A stretch of 64,000 bases of DNA from Methanobacteriota archaeon (GTDB taxonomy: Archaea; Thermoplasmatota; Poseidoniia; Poseidoniales; Thalassarchaeaceae). The position numbers were made by a program, and so were the translations under genes. Where the stretch lies: positions 460-64,459 of the forward strand of contig PBGL02000009.1 in assembly GCA_002718995.2 (NCBI GenBank), read 5' to 3'. Shown piece after piece: positions 18,085 to 28,030 of the stretch. The notes under the pieces are model-generated. The model worked only from the letters and a program-made list of their open reading frames with translations. It was not told where the DNA came from and did no database searches. Each line of letters opens with the position of its first letter. Positions within the stretch are counted from its first letter, which is position 1.

Positions 18085-20139
18085 CTATGCGGATGGCTGC
18101 TTGTCGGTCTGAGATGTGAATGTATCAATGACCTTTGCGAGACGCTCGACTAGGCTGACCTTCTCTTCTGCGCCCACCAATGCGAACTGGAGAACCTCAT
18201 CCAGCGAGTCGACGGGATGGATCTTGACCATGGACTCGTACTTCTCGTCTATCAGAACGTCCTGGAGGTTTGCACGAGGGATGATTACGGTCTCTATGCC
18301 AGCCTTTGCTGCAGCCTCTATCTTCGCGGTCACGCCACCTATGGGGAGCACCTCGCCCCTGACCGAGAGTGATCCGGTCATAGCCAGGTTTTGCTCTATT
18401 GGGACTCCTTCGAAGGCACTGATTATTGCTGTCGCCATGGTAATTGAGGCACTGTCCCCATCTACGTTGTGCGTGCCGGGGAATTGAACATGGAGATCGA
18501 AATCCTTGATGTCTTTGCCTGTGAGTTTCTTCACTACCGCGCTGATGTTTGTGACGCTCTCCTTGGCCATATCTGAAAGGCCCCCTGTGGCGATGACCTG
18601 TCCCGAGCGCCCTTGGGCCGGAGTTACCATGGCCTCCACTGGGAGGACGACTCCGGAGAAGTCGGATAGGCCGCTGTCCGCGCCGAGGACTGCTAGGCCG
18701 TTGATTCTCCCGACCCTTGTTCCGCGGTTGACGAGCATTGCATACTCGGACTGGCGTTCGAGGTACCTGTCGGCGACCTGTTGCTCGAGAGGCTTTGCTA
18801 TTGCCCTGGCGCGTGTGATGTGCTGGGCTCCCACGAGATCCGCGCCCTCTTCGGAAGCGAGATCCCCTGCGATTCGGACCAGCCCCCCGAGCTCTCGGAG
18901 CCTTAGGGAGAGTCTGCCTCTCCTGCCACTTCTCCTCTGTGCCTCCTTCAGGACGAGCCCGATGGAGTCCCTGTTGAAGTGGGGTATCGAGCGTCCTGAG
19001 TCCTTGTTCTGCTCGTTCCTTACCTCCTGCGCGATGAATCTGATGAGTCTCCTACGATTCCTCTCTGTGTCCCTCATGTCTGAGTTGACATAGACCTCGT
19101 ACCCATAGCCCCGTATACGGCTCCTCAAGGCTGGGTGCATCTGCTGGATACTGTCGAGATTTCCGGCGGCGACGAGGATGAAGTTCGTGGGGACTGGTTC
19201 TGATTTGGTAAGTGCCCCTGACGACCTCTCGGAGCGACCGCTGATTGAGAGTTCGCCTTCTTGCATGGCGACTAGGAGTGCCTGCTGCTCCTCCATCCTC
19301 AGCATCCTGATCTCGTCGATGTAGAGGACGCCCTTGTTTGCCCTGTGGACAGCCCCGGGCTCAACCCTCTCATGTGCGGGGGTGGCCAGATCGGCGCCGG
19401 ACTGGAATGGGTCGTGCCTTACATCGCCGAGAAGTGCCCCGGCTAGAGTGCCCGTTGCGTCGATAAATGGGGGGTCATCGTTTCTGGTCCTCTTTATGAG
19501 AAGCTTGGGTATGTTTGACTCGTCGCCAGCAGTTAGCCTAGTCCTGAGGAAGAAGTATCCGAATATCAAAAGAAACGATCCGAAAATTAGTGTCATTATG
19601 TCGCCTGTTTGCAGAACTGCGAGAAGGAGGGCTGCACCGATTACCATGACCACGAAAAGGAGGGTTCGATTTGTGCGCTCTCTCTGCAACCTAATCTGTG
19701 CCTTCCTCTCTGAGATTATCGCTGAGCCTCTTCCTGCTGGTACTGTCCTGACCTTTGGCTCATTCTCATCCTCTACGTTCCTGTAAACGAGAACATCCTC
19801 TAGGCTGTCTTTGGGCAGAAACTCAGTCATGGAACGGGCCAGCATCGACTTTCCAGTTCCTGGATCCCCCACCATAATCATGTGACGGCGTTGCTCGGCC
19901 GCCTTTTTGACGACGATTGAGGCGGCTTCCTGGCCGATCACCTGGTCGACTAGCTTCTCGGGAATGGGGACGCTGGCGGTTGATTGTATGTCGATAGTGT
20001 CTATCCACTCCTCGACCGGGACCTCGCAAACGGGGTCTTTGTCCTCCCCGATGCCGAAGGCAGGACCCTCGTCCCATGTTTCCAAATGGTCATCTTCAGG
20101 GACTTCTGGACTGGTTTTGGCCTCTGAATCACCGGACAT
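18085..20139 (-). CDS. lonB: Archaeal membrane-bound Lon protease (LonB)
   Basis: 684 aa. It has Walker A GDPGTGKS and two TM helices inserted in the AAA+ module (LLFVVMVIGAALLLAVL, LIFGSFLLIFGYFFL). The Lon protease domain has GDSASITMATA (catalytic Ser) and GGVTAKIEAA (Lys). Confidence 0.9.
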   Translation of the reverse strand: MSGDSEAKTSPEVPEDDHLETWDEGPAFGIGEDKDPVCEVPVEEWIDTIDIQSTASVPIPEKLVDQVIGQEAASIVVKKAAEQRRHMIMVGDPGTGKSMLARSMTEFLPKDSLEDVLVYRNVEDENEPKVRTVPAGRGSAIISERKAQIRLQRERTNRTLLFVVMVIGAALLLAVLQTGDIMTLIFGSFLLIFGYFFLRTRLTAGDESNIPKLLIKRTRNDDPPFIDATGTLAGALLGDVRHDPFQSGADLATPAHERVEPGAVHRANKGVLYIDEIRMLRMEEQQALLVAMQEGELSISGRSERSSGALTKSEPVPTNFILVAAGNLDSIQQMHPALRSRIRGYGYEVYVNSDMRDTERNRRRLIRFIAQEVRNEQNKDSGRSIPHFNRDSIGLVLKEAQRRSGRRGRLSLRLRELGGLVRIAGDLASEEGADLVGAQHITRARAIAKPLEQQVADRYLERQSEYAMLVNRGTRVGRINGLAVLGADSGLSDFSGVVLPVEAMVTPAQGRSGQVIATGGLSDMAKESVTNISAVVKKLTGKDIKDFDLHVQFPGTHNVDGDSASITMATAIISAFEGVPIEQNLAMTGSLSVRGEVLPIGGVTAKIEAAAKAGIETVIIPRANLQDVLIDEKYESMVKIHPVDSLDEVLQFALVGAEEKVSLVERLAKVIDTFTSQTDKQPSA

Positions 20140-20214
20140 AGTGCATCCTCCGCACCCTTCGCTGATACTGACACCTTCTTGAAGGTGTGTTAGACATGTA
20201 AAATGTGAAAACTG

Positions 20215-23200
20215 TCACTTTCGCCTGTTGAGGTATTCCTCGCCGTAGTAGTGCCACTGTTCCATGGTCCATCCATCTGGAAGCCCCTCGGGGGGCAATG
20301 GGATGGTAATTGGAGGCGGTGGAGGGGTTAGCCCGGGGGGGCGTGGAGGCTTAGTAACCGGGACATGCACTTTTGGCTGTAGGGCGTAATCATCCTGGTG
20401 GCGATCATAGTCGTAGTCCTCGCCCCTCCTCCTGAGAGCGGTTGCAAGGCCGATTGCCAGTACCATACAAACTAGCAATGCCAGACCCATTACCCCAACC
20501 GTGGTCATAGATAGAACGGATGGAGAGGAGGAGTCTGGTTCTGTTTCATCCCCTGGGACGTCCTCCGAGACATCAGAAGGCTTGGTGGCGAAGGTCTTGT
20601 ACTGGGTTTGTGTGGCTCTATCGAAACCATCCTGGTCGACTGCCTGTACACTCAGCGTGAAGTAGTCCCCAGCCCCAAGTCCCTCGCCAGATGAGGGGAG
20701 GATGATGAATGGCCCAAGATTGTAGGAGGTTCCGGACGAGTGGCAGATTCCCGTTATGCTGTTGCAGACTGTCCAGATTACGCTGGTATCGGAAAGCTCG
20801 AGTTCCCCTACATTGGAAATTGTCACTGTCGGATTTGTCCCATAGTCTTGGGAGTCTACCGTCACTTGAAGTTCGGAGTCCCATTCAAGGGGCAGGTCGT
20901 CGACGACATTGAACGTGAGATCCACGGAGGAGGACTCGCCGTGCCTGTCCTCAAGCGTGATGACGACTATCTCGTATCCGGGCTCTTGCCAACTGACGGA
21001 CAGGATTCCCGTGATCGGGTTATATTGCGCTGCTCCGGGAACGGCATTGGACGCTGTCACCCATATCTCATCATCCGGATCGTCAACATCGGTAATGATA
21101 TCCAGAATCTGTATTTCTAGTACCTCGTCTATCTTCATCATGTTATCTTCAAGACCCGAAATGTCGATCCTGGGGGCATCATTGACATTGAGCAGGTGGA
21201 AGGTTATTGTCGTATCCGAAACCATGGAACCATCGTCGGCTCTGACCGTTATGTCGACCATTCCGAAACCGTCGTCGTCTAGTGCGTTTATGTTCAGAGT
21301 CTGGCCATATATGTTAGCCTCGACTAGGGACTCGTCGGAAATCGACAGTAGTTCAAGAGAAATGCCGGCCACAGAAACCTGATTGCCGTTGGCATTAGTA
21401 TCGGACAAGTATGAAGTGAGCCCTAGGCTAGTTGAGCCTCCCTCGTTGAATGACTGAGTCGGGATAGGGGACCAGCGAGGGGCCCCGTTCTCAATTACGT
21501 TGAACATCAATAGTCCTGTATTCGTATCGTCACCATCACTGATTGTCAACTGGATCCCCTGGGGTATGGGATTACCCTGGCTATCCAGGACAACATCCTG
21601 GAATCTAACAACTATCTCCCAGTTCTCGGCGTCCCATTCCATGAAGCTGGACGAGCTGCTATCTATCTGCAGGAGTGAAAGTGGGGTCTCGGCGTCCTTG
21701 ACTAGACCAAAAACAGAGACCCTCTCATCCGTATCCACCTTCACGGTGGGAGTTCCAGCAAATTCTGAGTCTCCATTGCCAAGAACAACTGGCAGGGAAT
21801 TCTGTAGATAGAACGCGTTTCCGGAGAGAAGCCAATCACTACTCTGGCCGGAAGAGTCATGCCACTTCACCCTTAGATCGTAGTCTCCCGTCTCGGCACT
21901 GAGGGGTGTGTCAATGGTGTGTAGGTACCTCGCGTTATCGCCGGTACCGAGTAGCTCGGCGTCCCTTATCCACGCATCGTCCCAGAGTCCCGTTCCAGCG
22001 GGGCTATACTGCATGATTGGATCCATCGTACTTGTGTCATCGACCATGTCGTTGGATACTGCATTCGTTTCGAACTGGACCGAGCTCCCCCTGTCTATTG
22101 TGGTGCTTGAAACCGCGGCAGGCTGGCTAGGGGTCGGGGGGAGATCGTGGATTGCATATTCATCCATCGCGTTGTTGGAAGAAACTCTATCCCCTTCCAA
22201 ACCAGTAATTCTTGCCCTGAATGAGGTGGAACCCAGGTTTACCATCTCAATGTCATGGGTCTGTGATGAGGTGCTGAATGTCTGTGTGGCTCCGGGGCCA
22301 AGGTTGGTGACTCCAGTAGAAGAAACCTCTATCTCGTCTGAACCATCCATCCTGAAGATGGTTATCTGACCTCCATCCGAATATGCATCGACCCCGTTAT
22401 TTGCGACTTGGACTGACAATTCCAGAGTGTCGCCCTGCTTGAAGCCTTGATTCCCATTGCTGTTCGAGATTGTGAAGTCGGAAATGCCCACGTCAACAAG
22501 TGGGACCATGTCAAGATCTGCGGCTGAGAGGAAGTTGTTGTAGGACGAGTGGGGGCCATCCATCAGAGCAACCACCGGCCAGAAATTCTCAAACTGCGTG
22601 TAGCCGCCAGCTGCTCTTACCAGACTTAGGGGCACTGTCCATGATTTCTGGACGGGGGTGTTTGGGGTGAGGGTGAGTTGCTCAAATCCATTATTGGCAC
22701 TGTTGGTAAGCCAGTCCCTGAAGTTGTGATGGGGCCTGACGCCGTTGTCGTATGCGTCGCCACCGACCTTCTCCGTAACTGCGGCATACAGGTACACGGT
22801 TACGGACGAGAGTGAGCCGAGATAGGTCGAGTCCACAGTGATTGTGACCTCATCGGTAGTGGAGTCATGGTCGGCGCTCAGCACCATTGCATAGTTGGAA
22901 ACGTCAGAATCCATGCACCCTCCTGCTGTGTAGTCGGGATCGTAGTAATTGGTCCCCCCGGCGCCCACCTTGTAGCAGGTTCCAGATTGCTGATCGGCGA
23001 ATGAGAACGTTGGGTATCCCGAAGATGCGGCCATGACGTGGCTCCTGCGGTTGATTGGCCCGTCGGAGGGCCACCCTCCGGATGAAGACTCGAAGAAGGA
23101 TACGAACGTGAAGTCCTCGGGATTTGATGTTTTCAGATTATCCAATGAAGGAGAGGCACTGCTCATGCACGGGCCGCACCAGTGAGCGCCCACATATTCC

Positions 23201-23430
23201 CCGAATACGGTGTGGCCTGGACTGGTTGCATACATTTTCACGCCTTCTTGACGCAGTTGTTCGCGTGAATCCGATTCCGAGCCAGTATCAGAAATGCCTG
23301 AGAAAGACATGAAAATGACCAAGCCGGTTACGGTCAGGGCTTGGACCACCGACGTCATACGGTCTGTCCTCATCGATTGAGGCGTTGTGAACGCCCGTAT
23401 AACAATGATGCATTCTGGTTTGCTTGGCAA
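20215..23430 (-). CDS. Giant surface protein: signal-anchor, thioredoxin-fold module (WCGPC), CARDB/Ig-like and cadherin-like domains, C-terminal TM anchor, proline-rich cytoplasmic tail
   Basis: 1071 aa. GAHWCGPCMS lies at 23163-23192. A CARDB-like segment is VGISDFTISN...LSVQVANNG. A cadherin-type linker is LLNVNDAPRI. The TM segment TVGVMGLALLVCMVLAIGLATAL is at about 20437-20511. The tail reads PPRPPGLTPPPPPITIPLPPEGLPDGW. The real start is probably ATG 23373 or 23358 (MTSVVQALTVTGLVIF). Confidence 0.7.
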   Translation of the reverse strand: MPSKPECIIVIRAFTTPQSMRTDRMTSVVQALTVTGLVIFMSFSGISDTGSESDSREQLRQEGVKMYATSPGHTVFGEYVGAHWCGPCMSSASPSLDNLKTSNPEDFTFVSFFESSSGGWPSDGPINRRSHVMAASSGYPTFSFADQQSGTCYKVGAGGTNYYDPDYTAGGCMDSDVSNYAMVLSADHDSTTDEVTITVDSTYLGSLSSVTVYLYAAVTEKVGGDAYDNGVRPHHNFRDWLTNSANNGFEQLTLTPNTPVQKSWTVPLSLVRAAGGYTQFENFWPVVALMDGPHSSYNNFLSAADLDMVPLVDVGISDFTISNSNGNQGFKQGDTLELSVQVANNGVDAYSDGGQITIFRMDGSDEIEVSSTGVTNLGPGATQTFSTSSQTHDIEMVNLGSTSFRARITGLEGDRVSSNNAMDEYAIHDLPPTPSQPAAVSSTTIDRGSSVQFETNAVSNDMVDDTSTMDPIMQYSPAGTGLWDDAWIRDAELLGTGDNARYLHTIDTPLSAETGDYDLRVKWHDSSGQSSDWLLSGNAFYLQNSLPVVLGNGDSEFAGTPTVKVDTDERVSVFGLVKDAETPLSLLQIDSSSSSFMEWDAENWEIVVRFQDVVLDSQGNPIPQGIQLTISDGDDTNTGLLMFNVIENGAPRWSPIPTQSFNEGGSTSLGLTSYLSDTNANGNQVSVAGISLELLSISDESLVEANIYGQTLNINALDDDGFGMVDITVRADDGSMVSDTTITFHLLNVNDAPRIDISGLEDNMMKIDEVLEIQILDIITDVDDPDDEIWVTASNAVPGAAQYNPITGILSVSWQEPGYEIVVITLEDRHGESSSVDLTFNVVDDLPLEWDSELQVTVDSQDYGTNPTVTISNVGELELSDTSVIWTVCNSITGICHSSGTSYNLGPFIILPSSGEGLGAGDYFTLSVQAVDQDGFDRATQTQYKTFATKPSDVSEDVPGDETEPDSSSPSVLSMTTVGVMGLALLVCMVLAIGLATALRRRGEDYDYDRHQDDYALQPKVHVPVTKPPRPPGLTPPPPPITIPLPPEGLPDGWTMEQWHYYGEEYLNRRK

Positions 23431-23483
23431 CGGCTCTTTAGAGCCGGCATAGGAATTGATATTCAGGAAGTCCTCGGAATGCC

Positions 23484-24284
23484 GTGAGTGGCGAGTGGGT
23501 GGCCCTTAGGGAGGATGATGGGAGAGCGTATCTGCTGAGGCGCTCGCCCGGTGAGGTCAAGGTCAAGGGGCTTGGAAGATTTGACGCTGAGGAGCTACTG
23601 GATGGCTATTCTATTGGCGATAGGATAACTGTTGGGCAGAAGTCTCTAACCATTGTGGATCCATCACTACCCGAGGCTCGCAGAAACATGGCACGGAGAG
23701 CTCAGGTAATTGGTGCAAAGGACTCAGGTTTTCTAATTTCCTGGATGGGCATCGGAGTTGGTTCCAGAGTCCTGGAAGGAGGGCATGGATCTGCAGGGCT
23801 TGCAATGCACCTAGCTAATGTCATGGGCTCTTCCGGAACCCTGATTTCAGTTGAGTCTCGTCCGGAGCATGCGGAAGTCGGAAGGGCGAATATGGAAAGG
23901 CTATCCGAGATACTCCCCGAATTCCCAGAATGGCATTTGATAGACGGTGATTTGGTAGAAGTGGGTACGAGTGTTTCGGAAATCTGCGGAGAGTTGGATG
24001 CATCGATCATAGATGTCGCAGAGCCATGGCTGGTCATACCAATTATGGAACCCATATTGAGGATAGGGGGAAGGATAGCATGCTATTGCCCGACTACATC
24101 TCAGTTGGAGAAATCATGGGAAGTTGCCCAGGAAAATGGACTAATCATCGAATGGGCCGGAGAGATGATTGAGAGGAGGTGGGTCAAGGCCAGCAAGGGA
24201 GGAGTCAGGCCCGGGAACACACCCATTGGCCATACAGCACTATTACTGATAGCGGCTAAGGTCGCCACTTCTGAGGAAGAATGA
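23484..24284 (+). CDS. trmI: tRNA (adenine-N1)-methyltransferase TrmI (Gcd14 family)
   Basis: 266 aa with a GTG start. It has the SAM motif VLEGGHGSAGLAMHLA, plus DASIIDVAEPW and GGRIACYCPTTSQ. Confidence 0.7.
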   Translation: MSGEWVALREDDGRAYLLRRSPGEVKVKGLGRFDAEELLDGYSIGDRITVGQKSLTIVDPSLPEARRNMARRAQVIGAKDSGFLISWMGIGVGSRVLEGGHGSAGLAMHLANVMGSSGTLISVESRPEHAEVGRANMERLSEILPEFPEWHLIDGDLVEVGTSVSEICGELDASIIDVAEPWLVIPIMEPILRIGGRIACYCPTTSQLEKSWEVAQENGLIIEWAGEMIERRWVKASKGGVRPGNTPIGHTALLLIAAKVATSEEE

Positions 24285-24318
24285 GCACCGTTGATAACAC
24301 GAACCTGTTGCGAGGGGC

Positions 24319-25728
24319 ATGCGAGACAGCGCGTCATGGGAGCCGACATCCTACAGGACCCATACGATTGGACAGGTTTCTGAGAACGGAGCATCGATGG
24401 CAGGGTCAGAGGTCACAATTGCGGGATATGCGGAAACCGTGAGAGGGCGCGGGGCGATTTGTTTCCTGATGCTTCGAGATGGCACAGGGCATATCCAGGC
24501 TTTCCTCAAGAGAGACAACATGGACGAGGGTTCATTCGAATCTATCCAGTCAGCATCACGCGAATCGACGATTCAGGTCACAGGGACAGTTGCCCAGAAA
24601 AGGCCGCCTAAGGTCGCTGAAGGAGAGCCTGTTCCTCCACCTGAATACGAAGTCAACGTTTCCTCTGGTACGATACTCGCAGAGGCTGCTGCTCCGCTCC
24701 CGGTCGGAGTTACCGACGATGTCCAAGTGGGACTGGATGTAAGGCTGGACAATAGGCACCTAGACCTTAGAAGGGCGCATGTGAACGCGATGTTCCAGCT
24801 CAGATCAAAGGTCCTGCAGTATGGCAGGGACCACCTAATCAAGGAGGGTTTCCAAGAGATCAACAGCCCGAAGATCATCGCTGCAGCTGCCGAAGGTGGA
24901 ACTAACTTGTTCCCGATGAAATACTTCGAGACAGAGGCATACCTTTCACAGAGTCCGCAGTTGTACAAACAACTGGCAGTCCTAGGAGGGTTAGAGAGGG
25001 TTTTCGAAATCGGCCCTGCATTCAGGGCGGAGAAGCACGACACGTACCGCCATCTGAATGAGTTCATTTCCTTTGACATCGAAGGGGCATGGATGGACGA
25101 TGAGGACGTGATGGGCGTTCAAGAGAGGATGATACATCATATCTGGACAGAGGTTTCGAATAACGATCAGGACCTCATGGACGTCATTAATGAATACAGA
25201 GCCACTCAGGGGCAGGATGCAGTTACCGTGGATGTTCCAAGTCTCCCATTCCCAAGGATCCCCTACTGTGACGCGATAGAGATCGTCAAAGACGGAGGGG
25301 GCGAGATAGAGTGGGGCGATGACATTGAGAGTCACCACTGTGACCTAATTGCGGCAAAATACCCAGGATTCCACTTTCTCCCCAGATGGCCCATGGCGAT
25401 GAAGCCATTCTACATCCACCACAAGGAGGAAGAGAAGGGTACCACTGGAGGTCAGCTAAGCAGGGGTTTCGACCTCAATTATGGCCGGGATGAGATGACC
25501 AGCGGCGGTGCGAGAGAGCATCGGGTGGATGTCCTAGAACAGAACCTTAGGAACATGGGTCTCGAACCGGAAGACTTCGCATTCTACACTGATGGATTCC
25601 GATATGGGGCCCCCCCGCATGCGGGCTGGGGTCTCGGAGTAGCCAGATTGCTGATGGTCTTGACAGGGGCCGGTAATGTCCGAGAAGTGGTCCTATTCCC
25701 TCGAGACAGAAGTCGTGTTACCCCATAA
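24319..25728 (+). CDS. aspS: Aspartyl-tRNA synthetase, archaeal/eukaryotic type
   Basis: 469 aa. An OB anticodon-binding domain (ICFLMLRDGTGHIQ) is followed by class II motifs FRAEKHDTYRHLNEF and GAPPHAGWGLGVARL. Confidence 0.9.
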   Translation: MRDSASWEPTSYRTHTIGQVSENGASMAGSEVTIAGYAETVRGRGAICFLMLRDGTGHIQAFLKRDNMDEGSFESIQSASRESTIQVTGTVAQKRPPKVAEGEPVPPPEYEVNVSSGTILAEAAAPLPVGVTDDVQVGLDVRLDNRHLDLRRAHVNAMFQLRSKVLQYGRDHLIKEGFQEINSPKIIAAAAEGGTNLFPMKYFETEAYLSQSPQLYKQLAVLGGLERVFEIGPAFRAEKHDTYRHLNEFISFDIEGAWMDDEDVMGVQERMIHHIWTEVSNNDQDLMDVINEYRATQGQDAVTVDVPSLPFPRIPYCDAIEIVKDGGGEIEWGDDIESHHCDLIAAKYPGFHFLPRWPMAMKPFYIHHKEEEKGTTGGQLSRGFDLNYGRDEMTSGGAREHRVDVLEQNLRNMGLEPEDFAFYTDGFRYGAPPHAGWGLGVARLLMVLTGAGNVREVVLFPRDRSRVTP

Positions 25729-25740
25729 TTTGGTGATACA

Positions 25741-26403
25741 ATGGGCAGTGAGCTCCTGAAGTCCGAAGAACTGATGGAATGGGAAAGTAGGAAGAGGGCC
25801 AGATTCGTGAATAGCCTCAGTGGATTCAAGAGTGCGAATCTGGTAGGAACTCATCATCCCGAATTTGGGGACAACCTTTCCATAGTGTCCTCTGTCGTGC
25901 ACCTTGGGTCGACCCCTCCGATGATGGGATTCGTACTAAGACCGCCTGGCGAGGAGTCTCACACCTACAAGAATATCAAGTCTACAGGAGTATGCACCTT
26001 AAGTCATGTTAACGAGGACATAATCGAGGAGTCCCATCAGACCAGTGCTAGGTACTCCCGGGGGTGTAGCGAGTTTGACGAGGTTGGACTGACCCCCAGG
26101 ATGGTGAGCGGTTGGGTGGCCCCCTGCGTCGAAGAATCAAAGGTGAAAATGGGTTTGAGTCTGGTTGAAGATACTGAGTTAGCGAATGGTTGCCGATTCA
26201 TGACTTGTGCTGTGGAATGGTTCGAGGTAGAATCTGAAGGATTTTGTAGCGATGGTTACGTCGATCTACACGGCCTCGGGGGCGTCTCTATTTCTGGCTT
26301 GGACGGATACCACAGGACTCCTGGGATTTCCAGATTGTCATATGCCAAGATCGACCGGGAAATAGAAAAAAGGGAAGATTTTCGTGAAGGATGGGCTGAA
26401 TAG
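25741..26403 (+). CDS. Flavin reductase-like (split-barrel FMN-binding) protein
   Basis: 220 aa. Motifs SLSGFKSANLVGT, NLSIVSSVVHLGSTPPMMGFVLRP, HTYKNIKSTG and SHQTSARY match a COG1853-type flavin reductase subfamily pattern. Confidence 0.55.
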   Translation: MGSELLKSEELMEWESRKRARFVNSLSGFKSANLVGTHHPEFGDNLSIVSSVVHLGSTPPMMGFVLRPPGEESHTYKNIKSTGVCTLSHVNEDIIEESHQTSARYSRGCSEFDEVGLTPRMVSGWVAPCVEESKVKMGLSLVEDTELANGCRFMTCAVEWFEVESEGFCSDGYVDLHGLGGVSISGLDGYHRTPGISRLSYAKIDREIEKREDFREGWAE

Positions 26404-26474
26404 GTGTTAAATTCTCCAAATTTAGGCCTGCGCGAAGGACCGAAAATAACGGGTATCTATAACCCCTGCGTGGA

Positions 26475-27206
26475 ATGATAGATATGGCCAAGCCGAGGTT
26501 CGCATTTCTACTTCTGAAGGAGCACCCGTACGGCAGGGAAATGCTTCAGCAGATTCTTTCTGAGGGTTTCGTACCCGAGATAATTATCGAGGAGGACTCT
26601 CCGATCGGGGACGAGGAGCGGGAGAAATTTCTGAAGAGGATTGAGGGGAACCCGGTGGCTCCGACCGTAGAAGAACAGGCGAAGGAGAATGGGATTCTGG
26701 TAGAGACCGTCGAAATTCACAAGTCTCCCCAGGTGATGCCTCTCCTGGAAGGTTTGGATCTCGATTTGATAGTATTCGGAGGAACTAGAATAATCAGAGG
26801 TGAGATTCTGGAATTTCCACGCCATGGAGTTGTGAATTCCCACCCTGGAATTCTGCCGGACTGTAGGGGCTCAGCATCTCCGGCATGGTCTGTTTTCCAC
26901 GATATAAAAGTCGGATCGACGTGCCATTTCTGCGATAATGGAATAGATACGGGGGAGATACTCCTCAAGCGTGAAGTACCCGTCAAAAGAGGCATGAATT
27001 ATGAGGATCTCTGCTATGAAACGCTGGTTCTTTCGGGAATTCTGATGAAGGAAGCACTGATGGCCTATGATGAGGGACGGTGGTCTGACATGCGGCAACC
27101 CCAGGGGGAGAGTGAGTATCCGACATTCAGAAATGCTCCCGAAGATATCCTAGAGGCCGTCAGGGAGAAGCTGGAAAAGCAGACGTACGCACATTACGTG
27201 AATTAG
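26475..27206 (+). CDS. Formyltransferase-family protein (Formyl_trans_N catalytic core only)
   Basis: 243 aa. Motifs VNSHPGILPDCRG (N-x-H...LP-x-x-RG) and DNGIDTGEIL (catalytic Asp region). It has no tRNA-binding C-terminal domain. Confidence 0.7.
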   Translation: MIDMAKPRFAFLLLKEHPYGREMLQQILSEGFVPEIIIEEDSPIGDEEREKFLKRIEGNPVAPTVEEQAKENGILVETVEIHKSPQVMPLLEGLDLDLIVFGGTRIIRGEILEFPRHGVVNSHPGILPDCRGSASPAWSVFHDIKVGSTCHFCDNGIDTGEILLKREVPVKRGMNYEDLCYETLVLSGILMKEALMAYDEGRWSDMRQPQGESEYPTFRNAPEDILEAVREKLEKQTYAHYVN

Positions 27207-27214
27207 GTGAAAAA

Positions 27215-28018
27215 ATGAGTGAAGATTTACTGAGAGACGGGTTTCCATTTGCAGAAGACGTACTGAGAGGGCAGACCGCCCTAGTTTGCGGCGCCTCAAA
27301 GGGAATAGGGCGCTCTTGTGCCCTTATGCTCGCTCGAGCGGGGGCTCGGGTGATCGCCTGCGCTCGCTCCCAGAGCGACCTTGATTCATTGATTGCCGAC
27401 ATGCATGGGGATGGACACGAGGCTTTGGTAATCGATCTTGAAGATATTGGGGCCATCAGGGATGCATTCTCCCGCAGGACGGAAAGCATACAAATTCTGA
27501 TCAATAATTCCGGTGGCCCTCCTGGGGGGGCCCTGCTTGAGAATACACTGGAGGACTTTGAGGGGCCATTTAGTAGGCACCTCCACGCCGCTCACACGCT
27601 AGTGCAAATGCTGTCCCCCGGAATGAAAAATGCAGGTAATGGCAGGATTGTGAACATCATCTCAACGTCTGTGCGCGAGCCGATTGACAACATCGGACTG
27701 TCAAATACGCTCAGAGGGGCCATGGCATCGTGGTCGAAATCACTGTCTCGCGAACTGGACCCGTGCATTACCATAAACAATATCATGCCCGGATTCACCA
27801 ATACCGACAGGCTTGGATCTCTTGCTGGTTCAATCTCCGAAAACACTGGCAAGTCGGTGCAGGATGTCCGCGAGAATTGGATGAGTTCGGTTCCTATTCA
27901 GCGGCTTATCGAACCACTTGAGACGGCGACTGCTGTAACGTTCCTTTGTTTGCCGAGCAGCGGGGGAATTCGGGGAGTTTCTTTGGCGGTTGATGGCGGA
28001 AGAATGCGATCCATCTAA
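27215..28018 (+). CDS. Short-chain dehydrogenase/reductase (FabG-like)
   Basis: 267 aa. Motifs GASKGIGRS (TGxxxGxG-type) and NNSG, with the length and layout of a classical SDR. Confidence 0.8.
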   Translation: MSEDLLRDGFPFAEDVLRGQTALVCGASKGIGRSCALMLARAGARVIACARSQSDLDSLIADMHGDGHEALVIDLEDIGAIRDAFSRRTESIQILINNSGGPPGGALLENTLEDFEGPFSRHLHAAHTLVQMLSPGMKNAGNGRIVNIISTSVREPIDNIGLSNTLRGAMASWSKSLSRELDPCITINNIMPGFTNTDRLGSLAGSISENTGKSVQDVRENWMSSVPIQRLIEPLETATAVTFLCLPSSGGIRGVSLAVDGGRMRSI

Positions 28019-28030
28019 GGATTGATTTGA

